DNA of 64,000 nucleotides from assembly GCA_964626665.1 (NCBI GenBank), contig CAZVGK010000013.1, positions 1 through 64,000 of the forward strand. The letters are read 5' to 3'. Origin of the DNA: an uncultured Gemmatimonadota bacterium. Its GTDB lineage: Bacteria; SM23-81; DAOVCL01. The translations under genes and the position numbers were made by a program. Below the pieces are notes generated by a model. That model ran no database searches. It saw only the letters and a program-made list of their open reading frames with translations, and was not told where the DNA came from. Positions 19,946-29,882 of this stretch are shown here, in pieces (the first letter of the stretch is position 1; the number at the start of each line of letters is the position of its first letter).

Positions 19946-20772
19946 AGTTAGGAGATTTTGCCATTTTCCTCCTCTCCGATGGGACTTTCTGGCTGGACGG
20001 GGGAGCTATGTTTGGGGTAGTCCCCAAGGCCATCTGGAACAGGCTCAATCCCGCGGATGAGGCCAATCGGATCGAATTGGGGCTTAACTGCCTATTGATT
20101 CAGACCCCTGACAAGAATGTCCTTGTAGATACGGGGATAGGCAACAAATACGACGAAAAGTTTAAAGAGAGGTTCAATGTCCAGAGAGCAGAGGGTTTGA
20201 TTGGGGCCTTGAGGGGGGTAGGGTTAACTCCGGAGGATATAGATCTGGTGATCAATACTCACCTTCATTTTGACCATGCCGGAGGCAATACCTGCCTCGC
20301 CGGAGGTAAGTCAGTTCCCACATTTCCCCAGGCAAAGTATGTAATTCAACGGGGCGAATGGGAGGAGGCGATCAATCCAAATGAGCGCACCCATGCCAGT
20401 TATTTAAAGGAGAATTTAGTCCCTATCCAGGAGGCGGGATTGCTTGAGTTGATCGAGGGGGATAGGGAGCTTCTCCCGGGGGTGAGGACAATAGTTACGG
20501 GGGGCCATACAAGGGATCACCAAATGGTATTGCTGGAGTCGCGGGGCAAGAAGGCCCTTTATCTGGGCGACTTGATCCCCACAACCTCACATATCAGAAC
20601 CCCCTATGTGATGGGCTACGATCTGTATCCACTCGATACAATGAAGGAGAAGGGAAAGGTATTAAATGAAGCTCTTAGCGGCCACTGGCTACTCATCTTT
20701 GAACATGACCCTAAGGTTGGTATGGGTTACCTGAGCCAGGAGGAAAGTAAGCTGAAATTAAACCCTATTTAG
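19942..20772 (+). CDS. MBL-fold metallo-hydrolase (YtnP-like)
   Basis: [27 protein letters not shown]. Confidence 0.9.
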   Translation: MKLGDFAIFLLSDGTFWLDGGAMFGVVPKAIWNRLNPADEANRIELGLNCLLIQTPDKNVLVDTGIGNKYDEKFKERFNVQRAEGLIGALRGVGLTPEDIDLVINTHLHFDHAGGNTCLAGGKSVPTFPQAKYVIQRGEWEEAINPNERTHASYLKENLVPIQEAGLLELIEGDRELLPGVRTIVTGGHTRDHQMVLLESRGKKALYLGDLIPTTSHIRTPYVMGYDLYPLDTMKEKGKVLNEALSGHWLLIFEHDPKVGMGYLSQEESKLKLNPI

Positions 20773-20795
20773 GAGGCTTAACCTTAGATGTTCAT

Positions 20796-20904
20796 ACCGC
20801 GGCAAAGTCGCAAAGGGCGCAGAGTTTAAAGATTATTAACTAATTATTTTATTTCATCTCTCTTTTGCTTTTTATTTTCTCTGCGAACTTAGCGTCTTTG
20901 TGGT
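20796..20904. repeat. Empty inverted-repeat cassette (CGCAAAG / CTTTG-CTCTGCG arms)
   Basis: GGCAAAGTCGCAAAGGGCGCAGAG ... CTCTGCGAACTTAGCGTCTTTGTGG around an AT-rich spacer. Confidence 0.6.
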
Positions 20905-20985
20905 TGCTACGAAAAACTTTGTCAAAAAACCAACACCCTACAAGATTGTAGTACAGGAGGAATTAGCTCTGTTAGAGGTGTAACT

Positions 20986-21261
20986 ATGAAGGAAAAGGCT
21001 ACAGCAAAGAGCGGAGTGGCTTCAGTGCCGGGATTTGACCGGATAACCTTTGACCCCAATGTGATGGGGGGCCGTGCTTGCATTCGGGGCATGCGGGTGA
21101 CCGTTTCTTTGATTTTGAATCTGGTCGCTAATGGAATGACCGTAAAAGAAATCATCGAAGCTTATCCCTACCTGGAGCCGGAAGATGTTTACCAGGCCTT
21201 ACGGTATGCGGCTTGGTTGGCCGAGGAGGCACTCTACGCTCTGGAGCCAGCCACAGCATGA
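20986..21261 (+). CDS. DUF433 antitoxin
   Basis: RITFDPNVMGGRACIRGMRVTV...YPYLEPEDV. Confidence 0.92.
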   Translation: MKEKATAKSGVASVPGFDRITFDPNVMGGRACIRGMRVTVSLILNLVANGMTVKEIIEAYPYLEPEDVYQALRYAAWLAEEALYALEPATA

Positions 21262-21647
21262 GGTTTCTGGCTGATATGGGGATCTCTCCAAAAACGGTGG
21301 CTTTTCTTCGGGAACTTGGGCATGAGGCAGTGCATCTTTACGAAGGAGGACTTTACCGCTTAGAGGATCCGGCGATTCTAACAAAAGCACGGGAAGAAAG
21401 GTGTATTCTCCTGACCCATGACCTGGACTTCGGGGAGTTGATAGCAGCCAGTGGAGCCCAATTGCCCAGTGTTGTTGTTTTTCGCCTACGCAACATGCGT
21501 CCTCAGATGGTCAACCGTTACTTAAAAAGCATTATTGAGCAGTATGGGGAATCCCTTGAGAAAGGCGTGATCGTAAGTGTGACCGAGGGACGAATTCGGG
21601 TTCGTCTTCTCCCTTTGCGGGCAAGCGAACAAGGCCTTGGATCATAG
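21258..21647 (+). CDS. DUF5615 PIN-like toxin
   Basis: MRFLADMGIS, LLTHDLDFGEL; ATGA overlap with the DUF433 gene. Confidence 0.9.
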   Translation: MRFLADMGISPKTVAFLRELGHEAVHLYEGGLYRLEDPAILTKAREERCILLTHDLDFGELIAASGAQLPSVVVFRLRNMRPQMVNRYLKSIIEQYGESLEKGVIVSVTEGRIRVRLLPLRASEQGLGS

Positions 21648-21814
21648 CCATTGTCACCAAGCCGCCAAACCTTGCTGCCACCTACCCATCTCCGCTAGCA
21701 CTGCGGTGGACGGTTGAACATAGCTGATGTCCCTCTAACGGGGCAGGAAATTCGTTAACAGAAGACATCTGTAATACCCTTTTGCAAGATCTTGTTTTTT
21801 GGACGAACTTTTTT

Positions 21815-22310
21815 AACCGCAAAGCTCGCAAAGTAGGTGCAGAGAAGGCAATGGCTCCGCAGTGACTATTCAGCTATCCGCTTTGTGGCTTTTCCCATTT
21901 TCTCATTTTCCTAATTTCCATTTTCGCCTCTTGGCTTTCGGCTTTTCAGTGAAATCTGTCTTAATTCTTAATTCTCAATTGCCTTTTTCCGTGAGATTCC
22001 GTGGTAATTTCACCACGGATAACCACGGACTATGCACAGAAAAAAGGGGATTACGAATAACCACTACAAATCTAAAAGTGAAAAGCTATATTTTGAAAAA
22101 TTTTTCTTTAACCTGCGAAGATCTGTGTTCGCCCCGTTAAAATAGACATCATCGCATTCCCAAGCTCGCCTTTATTTAACGGGGTTCATCTGCAGTTTAT
22201 GCAATTTTATTCTTATTTTTCCCCCGTGTTATTCCGTGAATTTCCGTGGTATATTGTCTTTTGGTTTTCGGCTCTCCTCTTTTCACTGTAATCCGTGGCT
22301 ATTGTTTGGT
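21815..22310. repeat. Intergenic mosaic of short repeat arms and MITEs
   Basis: CGCAAAG pair; heptamer TTTTC arrays; CCACGGA/TCCGTGG inverted arms; CCCCGTTAA...TTAACGGGG at 22132-22184. Confidence 0.6.
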
Positions 22311-22388
22311 TGCGGCTTTGGCGCGCCGTGAACAATTCGGGTAAGCCAGCTTTTTGATTTTAAAGGGCAATTTTATTAGGTGAGGATA

Positions 22389-23933
22389 ATGGAAGATAAG
22401 CTTAAAGAACTGGATAATCTGAAGAGGCAGGCCCTCTTAGGGGGGGGCAAACAAAGGTTAGAGAAGCAGCATGCCAGTGGGAAACTGAGTGCCCGGGAGA
22501 GGATAGATTTACTGTTAGACAAGGGGAGTTTCCACGAGACGGATATGTTTGTTACCCACCGTTGCACCGATTTTGATATGGACAAGAAGAAGGTGTTGGG
22601 GGATGGGGTGGTCACCGGATATGGAAGGATTAACGGCAGGCCGGTCTGCGTCTTCTCTGAGGATTTCACCGTTTTTGGGGGCTCACTCTCCAAAGCTTAT
22701 GCGGAGAAGGTATGTAAGCTACAGGATATGGCGATGAAACAGGGGTGTCCCATCATCGGCATAAAGGATTCTGGTGGGGCCAGAATTCAGGAGGGCGTCG
22801 ATTCGCTTGCCGGCTACACGGATGTTTTCCTGCGTAATGTGCTCTCCTCCGGGGTTGTCCCGCAGATCTCTGCCATAATGGGGCCCTGTGCCGGTGGCGC
22901 GGTTTATTCCCCGGCAATGACTGACTTTGTCTTTATGGTGAAGGAAACCTCCTATATGTTTTTGACCGGGCCAGATGTTGTCAAGGCGGCTACCCACGAG
23001 GATATAACACTCCAAGAACTTGGCGGAGCTACGGTGCATAATGAAAAGTCCGGGGTGGCGCACTTTGCTGTGGATTCCGAAGTGGAATGTTTGGAGCAGA
23101 TCAAGGAGCTCTTAAATTACATCCCGCAAAACAACCTTGAGGACCCGCCAATGATCGAAAGCACGGATGACCCTCAGCGCCGCGATCCCCAACTTGACTC
23201 CATAGTGCCGGCCAGCCCAATTCAGCCCTATGATATGCTGGAAGTGATTAAGAGGGTGGTTGATGATGGGAAGTTCCTGGAGGTGCACGCCCATTTTGCC
23301 CGGAACCTAATTGTGGGATTTGCCCGGTTGGGGGGGAAGTCAGTGGGTATAGTGGCCGACCAGCCGGCAGTGCTGGCCGGTGTGCTGGATATCAACTCGG
23401 CGACAAAAGGGGCCAGGTTCGTGCGGTTCTGTGACTCCTTTAACATCCCAATCATCACCTTTGTCGATGTTCCCGGTTTCCTTCCGGGAACGGCTCAGGA
23501 ATGGGGAGGGGTAATCAGGAATGGCGCCAAGTTGCTCTATGCCTTCTGCGAAGCCACCGTCCCCCGGATAACGGTGATCACCAGGAAGGCCTATGGCGGT
23601 GCCTATTGTGTGATGAGCTCCAAGCATACCCGGGCAGATGTTAACTTCGCCTGGCCCTCAGGGGAGATTGCCGTTATGGGCCCTGATGGAGCCGTCAACA
23701 TACTCTACAGGAAACAGCTTAAGGAGGCAAAAGATCCACAGGCTCTAAAGGCAAAGTTGGTGAGGGAATATACGGAGAAGTTTGCCAACCCTTACATCAC
23801 GGCCAGCAAGGGCTACATCGACGATATCATCCCTCCCCGGGATACGAGACCTCGGCTAATTGAGGCCCTGGAGTTCATCGGGGAGAAACGGGACACCAAT
23901 CCCCCCAAAAAACACGGGAACATCCCCCTCTAA
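22389..23933 (+). CDS. pccB: Propionyl-/methylmalonyl-CoA carboxyltransferase beta subunit
   Basis: [38 protein letters not shown]. Confidence 0.92.
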   Translation: MEDKLKELDNLKRQALLGGGKQRLEKQHASGKLSARERIDLLLDKGSFHETDMFVTHRCTDFDMDKKKVLGDGVVTGYGRINGRPVCVFSEDFTVFGGSLSKAYAEKVCKLQDMAMKQGCPIIGIKDSGGARIQEGVDSLAGYTDVFLRNVLSSGVVPQISAIMGPCAGGAVYSPAMTDFVFMVKETSYMFLTGPDVVKAATHEDITLQELGGATVHNEKSGVAHFAVDSEVECLEQIKELLNYIPQNNLEDPPMIESTDDPQRRDPQLDSIVPASPIQPYDMLEVIKRVVDDGKFLEVHAHFARNLIVGFARLGGKSVGIVADQPAVLAGVLDINSATKGARFVRFCDSFNIPIITFVDVPGFLPGTAQEWGGVIRNGAKLLYAFCEATVPRITVITRKAYGGAYCVMSSKHTRADVNFAWPSGEIAVMGPDGAVNILYRKQLKEAKDPQALKAKLVREYTEKFANPYITASKGYIDDIIPPRDTRPRLIEALEFIGEKRDTNPPKKHGNIPL

Positions 23934-23993
23934 GATTGAGGATTTCTTTTATCTTTTTTTCCCCAACGGCTCATACCCTAATGAAGAGCCAAT

Positions 23994-24051
23994 GTAGGGA
24001 CAAACCTTCAGGTCTGTCCGTTCTCGGACAGGGCTGAAGCCCTCTCCCTAC
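23994..24051. repeat. GTAG-type REP doublet; half copy near 34545
   Basis: GTAGGGACAAACC...GGACAGGGCTGAAGCCCTCTCCCTAC. Confidence 0.7.
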
Positions 24052-24056
24052 GGTTT

Positions 24057-24350
24057 TTCTACCCCCGCAAAAGCGGGGGGTAACCACTTTGGGGCTTTAG
24101 CCCCCTTGGAGTGCTGTGACTCCTGTCACAGCCCACGTCAACAGAAGTTACCACACTCCATAATAACCTGCACTAAAGTGTTGTAGAGCCCTTGTGCCGT
24201 CAGGAGGTAACTCCTGACAGCACATTCTTGATCGGCATCAGGAGATGCTTCCCGCAACTTCTACCCCCGCAAAAGCGAGGGGTAACCTCTTTGGGGCTTT
24301 AGCCCCATAGGGGCCTAAAGGCTCCGAACCCGCACTAAAGTGCGGTAGAA
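24057..24350. repeat. Two copies of a TTCTAC...GTAGA(A/G)-bounded palindromic element (24057-24188, 24259-24350)
   Basis: Shared TTCTACCCCCGCAAAAGCG..GGGTAAC..TTTGGGGCTTTAGCCCC start and GCACTAAAGTG..GTAGA end. Confidence 0.7.
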
Positions 24351-24592
24351 GTTGACTACTCCAGCGTCCATGGATGGGGCAAAGGCCCTTTCCCTCCAGG
24401 AGAGCATCTGCGGTGGTTTGTTAGAGGTTTAACTCCCTATCATTGGATAGGCTTTTTAGGAATCAGGGAATAAAATCTTGACTTTTTAACAGGAGAATTA
24501 TATTTTGTGCCCAGGAGCGTGGCCCGGGAATTCTTTTTGTTGGGAGGGGGTTGTCTAAGATCCCCTGGTGAATGCTCAACATATTAGAGGAG

Positions 24593-26092
24593 ATGTTTAA
24601 GAAAGTTCTTGTTGCCAATCGAGGTGAGATCGCTGTGCGAGTGCTCAGGGCCTGTAAGGAGCTGGGCATTACAACTGTTACGGTCTATTCGGATGCGGAT
24701 AGAAATGCCCTGCACACCAGATACGCAGATGAAGCATATAAGATCGGCCCTCCGCCAGCGACTGAGAGCTACCTGCGCATCGATAAGATCATCGAGGTGG
24801 CCAAGAGATCTGGGGCTGAAGCCATACATCCTGGATATGGGTTCTTGGCTGAGAATACCCACTTCGCTGAGGCCTGCGAGTCTGAGGGGATAGTATTTGT
24901 CGGGCCGAGTTCAAAGGCCATAAGGCTGCTGGGGGATAAGATTGAGGCACGGCGGACAATGGAGGCGGCCCAAATACCGGTAATCCCAGGCAGTGATAAG
25001 GAGCTTTCCAGTGAAGCTCAGGCGGTGCAGGTAGCAGCCCAGATAGGTTTCCCTCTGCTCATAAAGGCTGCTGGTGGGGGTGGAGGCAAAGGGATGAGAA
25101 TAGTGAGGGAAAGGGGGGAACTAGCCAGGTCAATAAAGCAGGCAACTTCTGAAGCTGGGTCAGCCTTTGGTAATCCAACTGTTTATATTGAAAAATATCT
25201 CGCATCTCCCCGGCACATAGAATTTCAGATACTCGCTGATAATTATGGGAATGCAATTCATCTTGGTGAACGGGAATGCTCTATCCAGCGCAGATACCAA
25301 AAGTTAGTGGAGGAGTCCCCTTCCCCCGTTATGACCGCAGAGCTTAGGGAAAAGATGGGTAATATCGCGCTCCGCGCGGTAAATGCTTCCGGGTATACAA
25401 ATGCCGGAACGGTTGAGTTTATGGTGGACCCGCAAAGGAGATTCTATTTCTTAGAGATGAACACCAGGCTCCAGGTGGAGCACCCAGTCACCGAGCTGGT
25501 TACCGGGATAGACATCGTCAAGGAACAACTGAAGATTAGCTCTGGCCAGCCCCTCTCCCTCCGCCAGGAGGATGTGAGGTTGTGGGGGGCAGCCATAGAA
25601 TGTCGGATAGCGGCTGAAGACCCGGCAAACAACTTTATGCCCTCAACTGGCAGGATAACTGAGCTCACCGAGCCCGGTGGCTTAGGGGTCAGGGTGGATA
25701 GTGGCGTCTTTGCTGGATTTGAGGTCCCCGTCTATTATGACCCATTAATCGCCAAACTTCTTGTCTGGGCTCCCAGCCGGGGTGAGGCCATATCAAGGAT
25801 GAGTAGGGCGCTCTCCGAATACAAGATAAGGGGGATTAAAACAGGTATACCGTTCCACCAAAAGGTGATGCGTAATCCCTATTTTATCAAGGGGGAATAT
25901 AATACCACCTTTGTAAAGAAGCTTTTGGGGGCCACTAAGGAGGAGAGGGGAAACCAAAGGATTGCCGCCATAGCTGCGGTAATCGCCAATGCATTGGGAA
26001 ACAAGGGCAACCTTCCCCCCCAACAAATGGCTAACTTCAGCTATAGTCTATGGAAACTTGCCGCCCGCCAGGCAGGGTTGAGGAGAATGTAG
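24593..26092 (+). CDS. accC: Biotin carboxylase subunit
   Basis: ANRGEIA, HPGYGFLAEN, GGGGKGMR, RECSIQRR, EMNTRLQVEH. Confidence 0.93.
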   Translation: MFKKVLVANRGEIAVRVLRACKELGITTVTVYSDADRNALHTRYADEAYKIGPPPATESYLRIDKIIEVAKRSGAEAIHPGYGFLAENTHFAEACESEGIVFVGPSSKAIRLLGDKIEARRTMEAAQIPVIPGSDKELSSEAQAVQVAAQIGFPLLIKAAGGGGGKGMRIVRERGELARSIKQATSEAGSAFGNPTVYIEKYLASPRHIEFQILADNYGNAIHLGERECSIQRRYQKLVEESPSPVMTAELREKMGNIALRAVNASGYTNAGTVEFMVDPQRRFYFLEMNTRLQVEHPVTELVTGIDIVKEQLKISSGQPLSLRQEDVRLWGAAIECRIAAEDPANNFMPSTGRITELTEPGGLGVRVDSGVFAGFEVPVYYDPLIAKLLVWAPSRGEAISRMSRALSEYKIRGIKTGIPFHQKVMRNPYFIKGEYNTTFVKKLLGATKEERGNQRIAAIAAVIANALGNKGNLPPQQMANFSYSLWKLAARQAGLRRM

Positions 26093-26587
26093 ATGCCGTA
26101 TATCGTCACCGTAGAGGATAAGAGATTTAAGATCGATTTGCAAAGGGAGGGGAACAAGTTCATAGCCTATATAGACAGCGATCCCTTAGAGGTAACAGTT
26201 GCCGAAGCGGGCAATCCATCACACCTCTCCTTGATAGCGGGAAACAGGTCCTATGATGTGACAATTGAGGATGAGGGCCTTGTCTCGGTGGACGGGGAGA
26301 TGTTCCCTGTAAAGGTTGAGGATGAAAGGGCCTTGCAGTTGGCCCAGTTTAGACGGAGTTCCCAGCGGGCGGTAGAGGAATCGATAGCCGCCCCTATGCC
26401 GGGCTTAGTGGTAGAGGTAGAGGTGAAAGCAGGGGATAGGGTTAAGGAGGGGGAGGGGTTGGTGGTTATCGAGGCGATGAAGATGCAGAACGAATTGAAA
26501 GCTCCCCGGGAAGGCAAGGTCAAAAAGGTATTGGCCAAGAAGGGGATGCCGGTGAATGGGGGGGACACCCTTCTGGTGATGGAATGA
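26093..26587 (+). CDS. Biotin carboxyl carrier protein
   Basis: APMPG, EAMKM. Confidence 0.93.
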   Translation: MPYIVTVEDKRFKIDLQREGNKFIAYIDSDPLEVTVAEAGNPSHLSLIAGNRSYDVTIEDEGLVSVDGEMFPVKVEDERALQLAQFRRSSQRAVEESIAAPMPGLVVEVEVKAGDRVKEGEGLVVIEAMKMQNELKAPREGKVKKVLAKKGMPVNGGDTLLVME

Positions 26588-27042
26588 AAATACCTAAAAA
26601 GTCCAAAATACCTAAATGCCTAAAATATGGAGAAGAAATATAGCGTTAGCGATGAGCTCAAAGGGAGAACCTATAATTTTGCCTTGAGAATTCTAAGACT
26701 TGGCAGGTTGTTGCCAAATACTGAAGAGGGCAGGATAGTTAGGAGACAGGTTTTCAAAGCAGGCACTTCAGTAGGGGCCAATCTGGAAGAAGCCGATGGT
26801 TCCTTAAGCTTAAATGACTTCATATACAAGGTGGACATCGCCTTTAAGGAGGCGAAGGAAACCAGATATTGGTTGCAGATGATCATTGATGCAGGGTTTA
26901 TCCCTCAAAAGAGGGTGTCACCAGATCTGGAAGAGTGTGTAGAGATCATCAAAATCTTGTCGACCATAATCTATAGGAGTTTAAAAAGGAAGAAAACTAA
27001 GATCTAAGTCTTTAGGTATTTAGGTCTTTAGGCATTTAGGTG
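26588..27042. mobile_element. Four-helix-bundle cassette with inverted 8-mer arrays (ACCTAAAT / TTTAGGY)
   Basis: Left TACCTAAA..ATACCTAAATGCCTAAA; right TTTAGGTA TTTAGGTC TTTAGGCA TTTAGGTG. Confidence 0.7.
26627..27007 (+). CDS. Four helix bundle protein (23S rRNA IVS-protein family)
   Basis: RTYNFALRI, QVFKAGTSVGANLEEA, DFIYKVDIAFKEAKETRYWL. Confidence 0.92.
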   Translation: MEKKYSVSDELKGRTYNFALRILRLGRLLPNTEEGRIVRRQVFKAGTSVGANLEEADGSLSLNDFIYKVDIAFKEAKETRYWLQMIIDAGFIPQKRVSPDLEECVEIIKILSTIIYRSLKRKKTKI

Positions 27043-27048
27043 GTTTAA

Positions 27049-28596
27049 ATGCTCTGTACTCCTGAACATATAAAAGATTTGGATTACTCCAGGGACCTTG
27101 GTTCTCCGGGGGAGTATCCCTTTACCCGGGGGATCTATCCCTCTATGTATTGCGGCAGGCTCTGGACAGTGCGTCAGTATGCGGGATATGCGACAGCCCG
27201 GGAATCCAACGAGAGATATAGGTATCTTTTGGCCCAGGGCCAGACAGGGCTATCGGTGGCCTTTGATCTCCCTACACAGATGGGCTATGACTCAGACCAC
27301 CCCTTATCCGAGGGGGAGGTGGGTAAGACAGGGGTGGCCATCGATTCCCTGGAGGATATGGAGACCCTCTTCGCGGGGATCCCCCTAAATAAAGTAAGCA
27401 CCTCAATGACGATAAACGCTACCTCCCCTATCCTCTTGGCGATGTATATCACCCTGGCCGAGAAACAGGGGGTAAAGAAAAGTTTGTTGGCGGGTACAGT
27501 GCAGAATGACATTTTGAAGGAATACATCGCCAGAGGCACCTACATATTTCCGCCCGCACCATCTATGAGGCTTGTGGTGGATACATTTGAGTATTGCGGT
27601 GAGAACCTTCCAAAGTGGAACACCATATCGATCTCCGGCTATCACATCAGGGAGGCAGGGGCGACAGCCGTCCAAGAGCTCGCCTTTACCTTGGCCAATG
27701 CCATAACTTATGTGCAGGCAGCTATTGATCGGGGGTTGGCCGTCGATTCCTTTGCCCCGCGCCTTTCTTTCTTCTTCAATGCCCATAACAATTTCTTTGA
27801 AGAGGTGGCCAAGTTCAGGGCTGCCAGGCGGCTTTGGGCAAAGCTTATGAGGGGGAGATTTAGGGCCAAAAACCCCAAGTCCTGGGGGTTGAGGTTTCAT
27901 ACCCAGACGGCGGGTTCTACCCTAACTGCGCAACAACCGGAGAACAATGCCGTAAGGGTGACCATGCAGGCGTTGGCCGCAGTCTTCGGGGGGACGCAGA
28001 GCTTACATACCAACTCGCTCGATGAGGCCCTGGCCCTGCCCAGTGAGGATGCGGTGAGGTTGGCCCTGCGCACCCAACAGATCATCGCCTATGAAAGTGG
28101 TGTTCCCCAGGTTATCGACCCCCTGGGAGGTTCCTATCTCATAGAGAGGCTTACCAATGATATTGAGGAGGGGGCCAGGGAGTATATAGACAAGGTGGAA
28201 GCGATGGGTGGAGCACTGCGGGCGATCGAACTCGGCTTTTTTCAAAAGGAGATTCAGGAAAGTGCCTACAAATATCAAAGGGAGCTAGAGGCCAAGAAGA
28301 GGGTCATCGTTGGGGTAAACGAGTTTGTGGCTGAGGGGGGAGAAAAGCCAAGGGAGACGCTAAGGGTAAATCCAGAGGTGGTCAGGGAACAGCGGGCCAA
28401 GTTACAGGCTTTGAAGTCCAGGAGAAACCAGCCAGAGGTGGAGACATCCCTCAGCCAACTGCGCGCCGCGGCCAAGGGACAGGGCAACCTTATGGGGCCC
28501 ATCCTTAGATGCGTAAGATCCTACGCCACCTTAGGGGAGATCTGTGATGTATTGAGGGAGGTCTTTGGGGAGTATAAGGAGAAGAGGGTAGTATAG
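27049..28596 (+). CDS. Methylmalonyl-CoA mutase large subunit
   Basis: WTVRQYAGY (Tyr) and [13 protein letters not shown] (Arg), the MCM-type specificity pair. Confidence 0.92.
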   Translation: MLCTPEHIKDLDYSRDLGSPGEYPFTRGIYPSMYCGRLWTVRQYAGYATARESNERYRYLLAQGQTGLSVAFDLPTQMGYDSDHPLSEGEVGKTGVAIDSLEDMETLFAGIPLNKVSTSMTINATSPILLAMYITLAEKQGVKKSLLAGTVQNDILKEYIARGTYIFPPAPSMRLVVDTFEYCGENLPKWNTISISGYHIREAGATAVQELAFTLANAITYVQAAIDRGLAVDSFAPRLSFFFNAHNNFFEEVAKFRAARRLWAKLMRGRFRAKNPKSWGLRFHTQTAGSTLTAQQPENNAVRVTMQALAAVFGGTQSLHTNSLDEALALPSEDAVRLALRTQQIIAYESGVPQVIDPLGGSYLIERLTNDIEEGAREYIDKVEAMGGALRAIELGFFQKEIQESAYKYQRELEAKKRVIVGVNEFVAEGGEKPRETLRVNPEVVREQRAKLQALKSRRNQPEVETSLSQLRAAAKGQGNLMGPILRCVRSYATLGEICDVLREVFGEYKEKRVV

Positions 28597-28629
28597 GGGT
28601 TTCAAACCGGCGAAGCTTCGAATGTAAAA

Positions 28630-28732
28630 TTCACCCTGTTAAATATTTGCTTGTTTCAAAAGTTCGAGTTCTTCTTCTAATTTTTGTTTCGCCTCTAATT
28701 TTTTGATCGGACTCACTATTTAACGGGGTGAA
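28630..28732. repeat. CCC(C/T)GTTAAATA...TATTTAACGGGG MITE-like element
   Basis: Terminal inverted repeats TTCACCCTGTTAAATA / TATTTAACGGGGTGAA. Confidence 0.65.
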
Positions 28733-28793
28733 GAATTTAGAATGAGAAAGCCTGAAACCAAAGGGACTGGTTCAAAGATGGGGAGGATAGATT

Positions 28794-29882
28794 ATGATTT
28801 TTGGCATACCAAAGGAGTTGCCCAGGTTTAAGGAGATACCTGAGTTCAGGGTGGGGCTTTCCCCAATGGGGGTGAAAGAACTCGTTGAATATCAGGCCCA
28901 AGTCTATGTGGAAAGTGGCGCCGGTGGTGGGGTTGGTTTCTCTGATATGGATTACGAGAAGGCCGGTGCATCTATTGTCTATTCCAAGGAAGAGGCCTAC
29001 AAGAGAGCAGATGTTGTCCTGAAGGTAAGGCCTCCCCAGGGGAGGAAGGAGTACAAACTGATAAAAGAGGGGCAGACACTGACGGGTTTCTTCCACTTAG
29101 TGACCGCTCCCCAGGAGTTGCTCCAAGCATTAACCGCCAAGAAGAATACCGTAATTGGGTATGAGATAATTCAGGAGGCTGATGGGAAGCTCCCCGTGGT
29201 TATTCCGATGAGCGAGATAGCTGGTAAACTTGCTGTGCAGATAGCCGGTAGATTGCTGGAGTCCCCCAGCGGAGGGCGGGGTATCCTGCTGGGTGGTATC
29301 CCGGGGATCCCCCCTGCGGAGGTGGTCATCTTAGGAGGGGGCACCTTAGGGCGCAACGCGGCAAAAAGCTTTGCTGGTATCGGGTCTAATGTCTATGTTA
29401 TGGATATAGACCGCGATAGGCTGAAGATCATCGCTGATGAGCTGGGCGGTCGGGTTACCACCCTCTTTGCCACCAAGCATAACATAGAAAAGTTGGTCAG
29501 GTTTGCCGATGTGCTCATCGGTGCCGTGCTCGTGGCTGGCAGGAGGGCTCCCATCCTGGTTACCAGGGAGATGGTTAAATCAATGCGCAAGGGCACGGTG
29601 ATCTTGGACTTCTCCATCGACCAGGGGGGATGTGTGGAGACGGCCAAGATTGCCCCTTCCGGCAAATTTATCTATAATGTGGATGGGGTAATCCACTTTT
29701 GTATGCCCAACGCCACCACTTTGGTAGCCAGGACGGCAACCCATGCGATGACCGGGGCAATAATACCTTATCTCAAATATTTGGTGGAGTTGGGGTTGAC
29801 TAAGGCTCTTCAGGAGTGTCCGGGGGTGAAAAGGGGCATCTATGTGAACAAGGGGAGAGTGGAAAAGGGATATATGAAATGA
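28794..29882 (+). CDS. ald: Alanine dehydrogenase
   Basis: GIPKE...EFRVGLSP, MSEIAGKLA, GRGILLGG, IDQGGCVET. Confidence 0.85.
   Translation: MIFGIPKELPRFKEIPEFRVGLSPMGVKELVEYQAQVYVESGAGGGVGFSDMDYEKAGASIVYSKEEAYKRADVVLKVRPPQGRKEYKLIKEGQTLTGFFHLVTAPQELLQALTAKKNTVIGYEIIQEADGKLPVVIPMSEIAGKLAVQIAGRLLESPSGGRGILLGGIPGIPPAEVVILGGGTLGRNAAKSFAGIGSNVYVMDIDRDRLKIIADELGGRVTTLFATKHNIEKLVRFADVLIGAVLVAGRRAPILVTREMVKSMRKGTVILDFSIDQGGCVETAKIAPSGKFIYNVDGVIHFCMPNATTLVARTATHAMTGAIIPYLKYLVELGLTKALQECPGVKRGIYVNKGRVEKGYMK

Noticed and set aside
26627-27007. Diversity-generating retroelement (Avd-like gene)
   Set aside because: There is no reverse transcriptase and no TR/VR pair with adenine-specific mismatches in the window.
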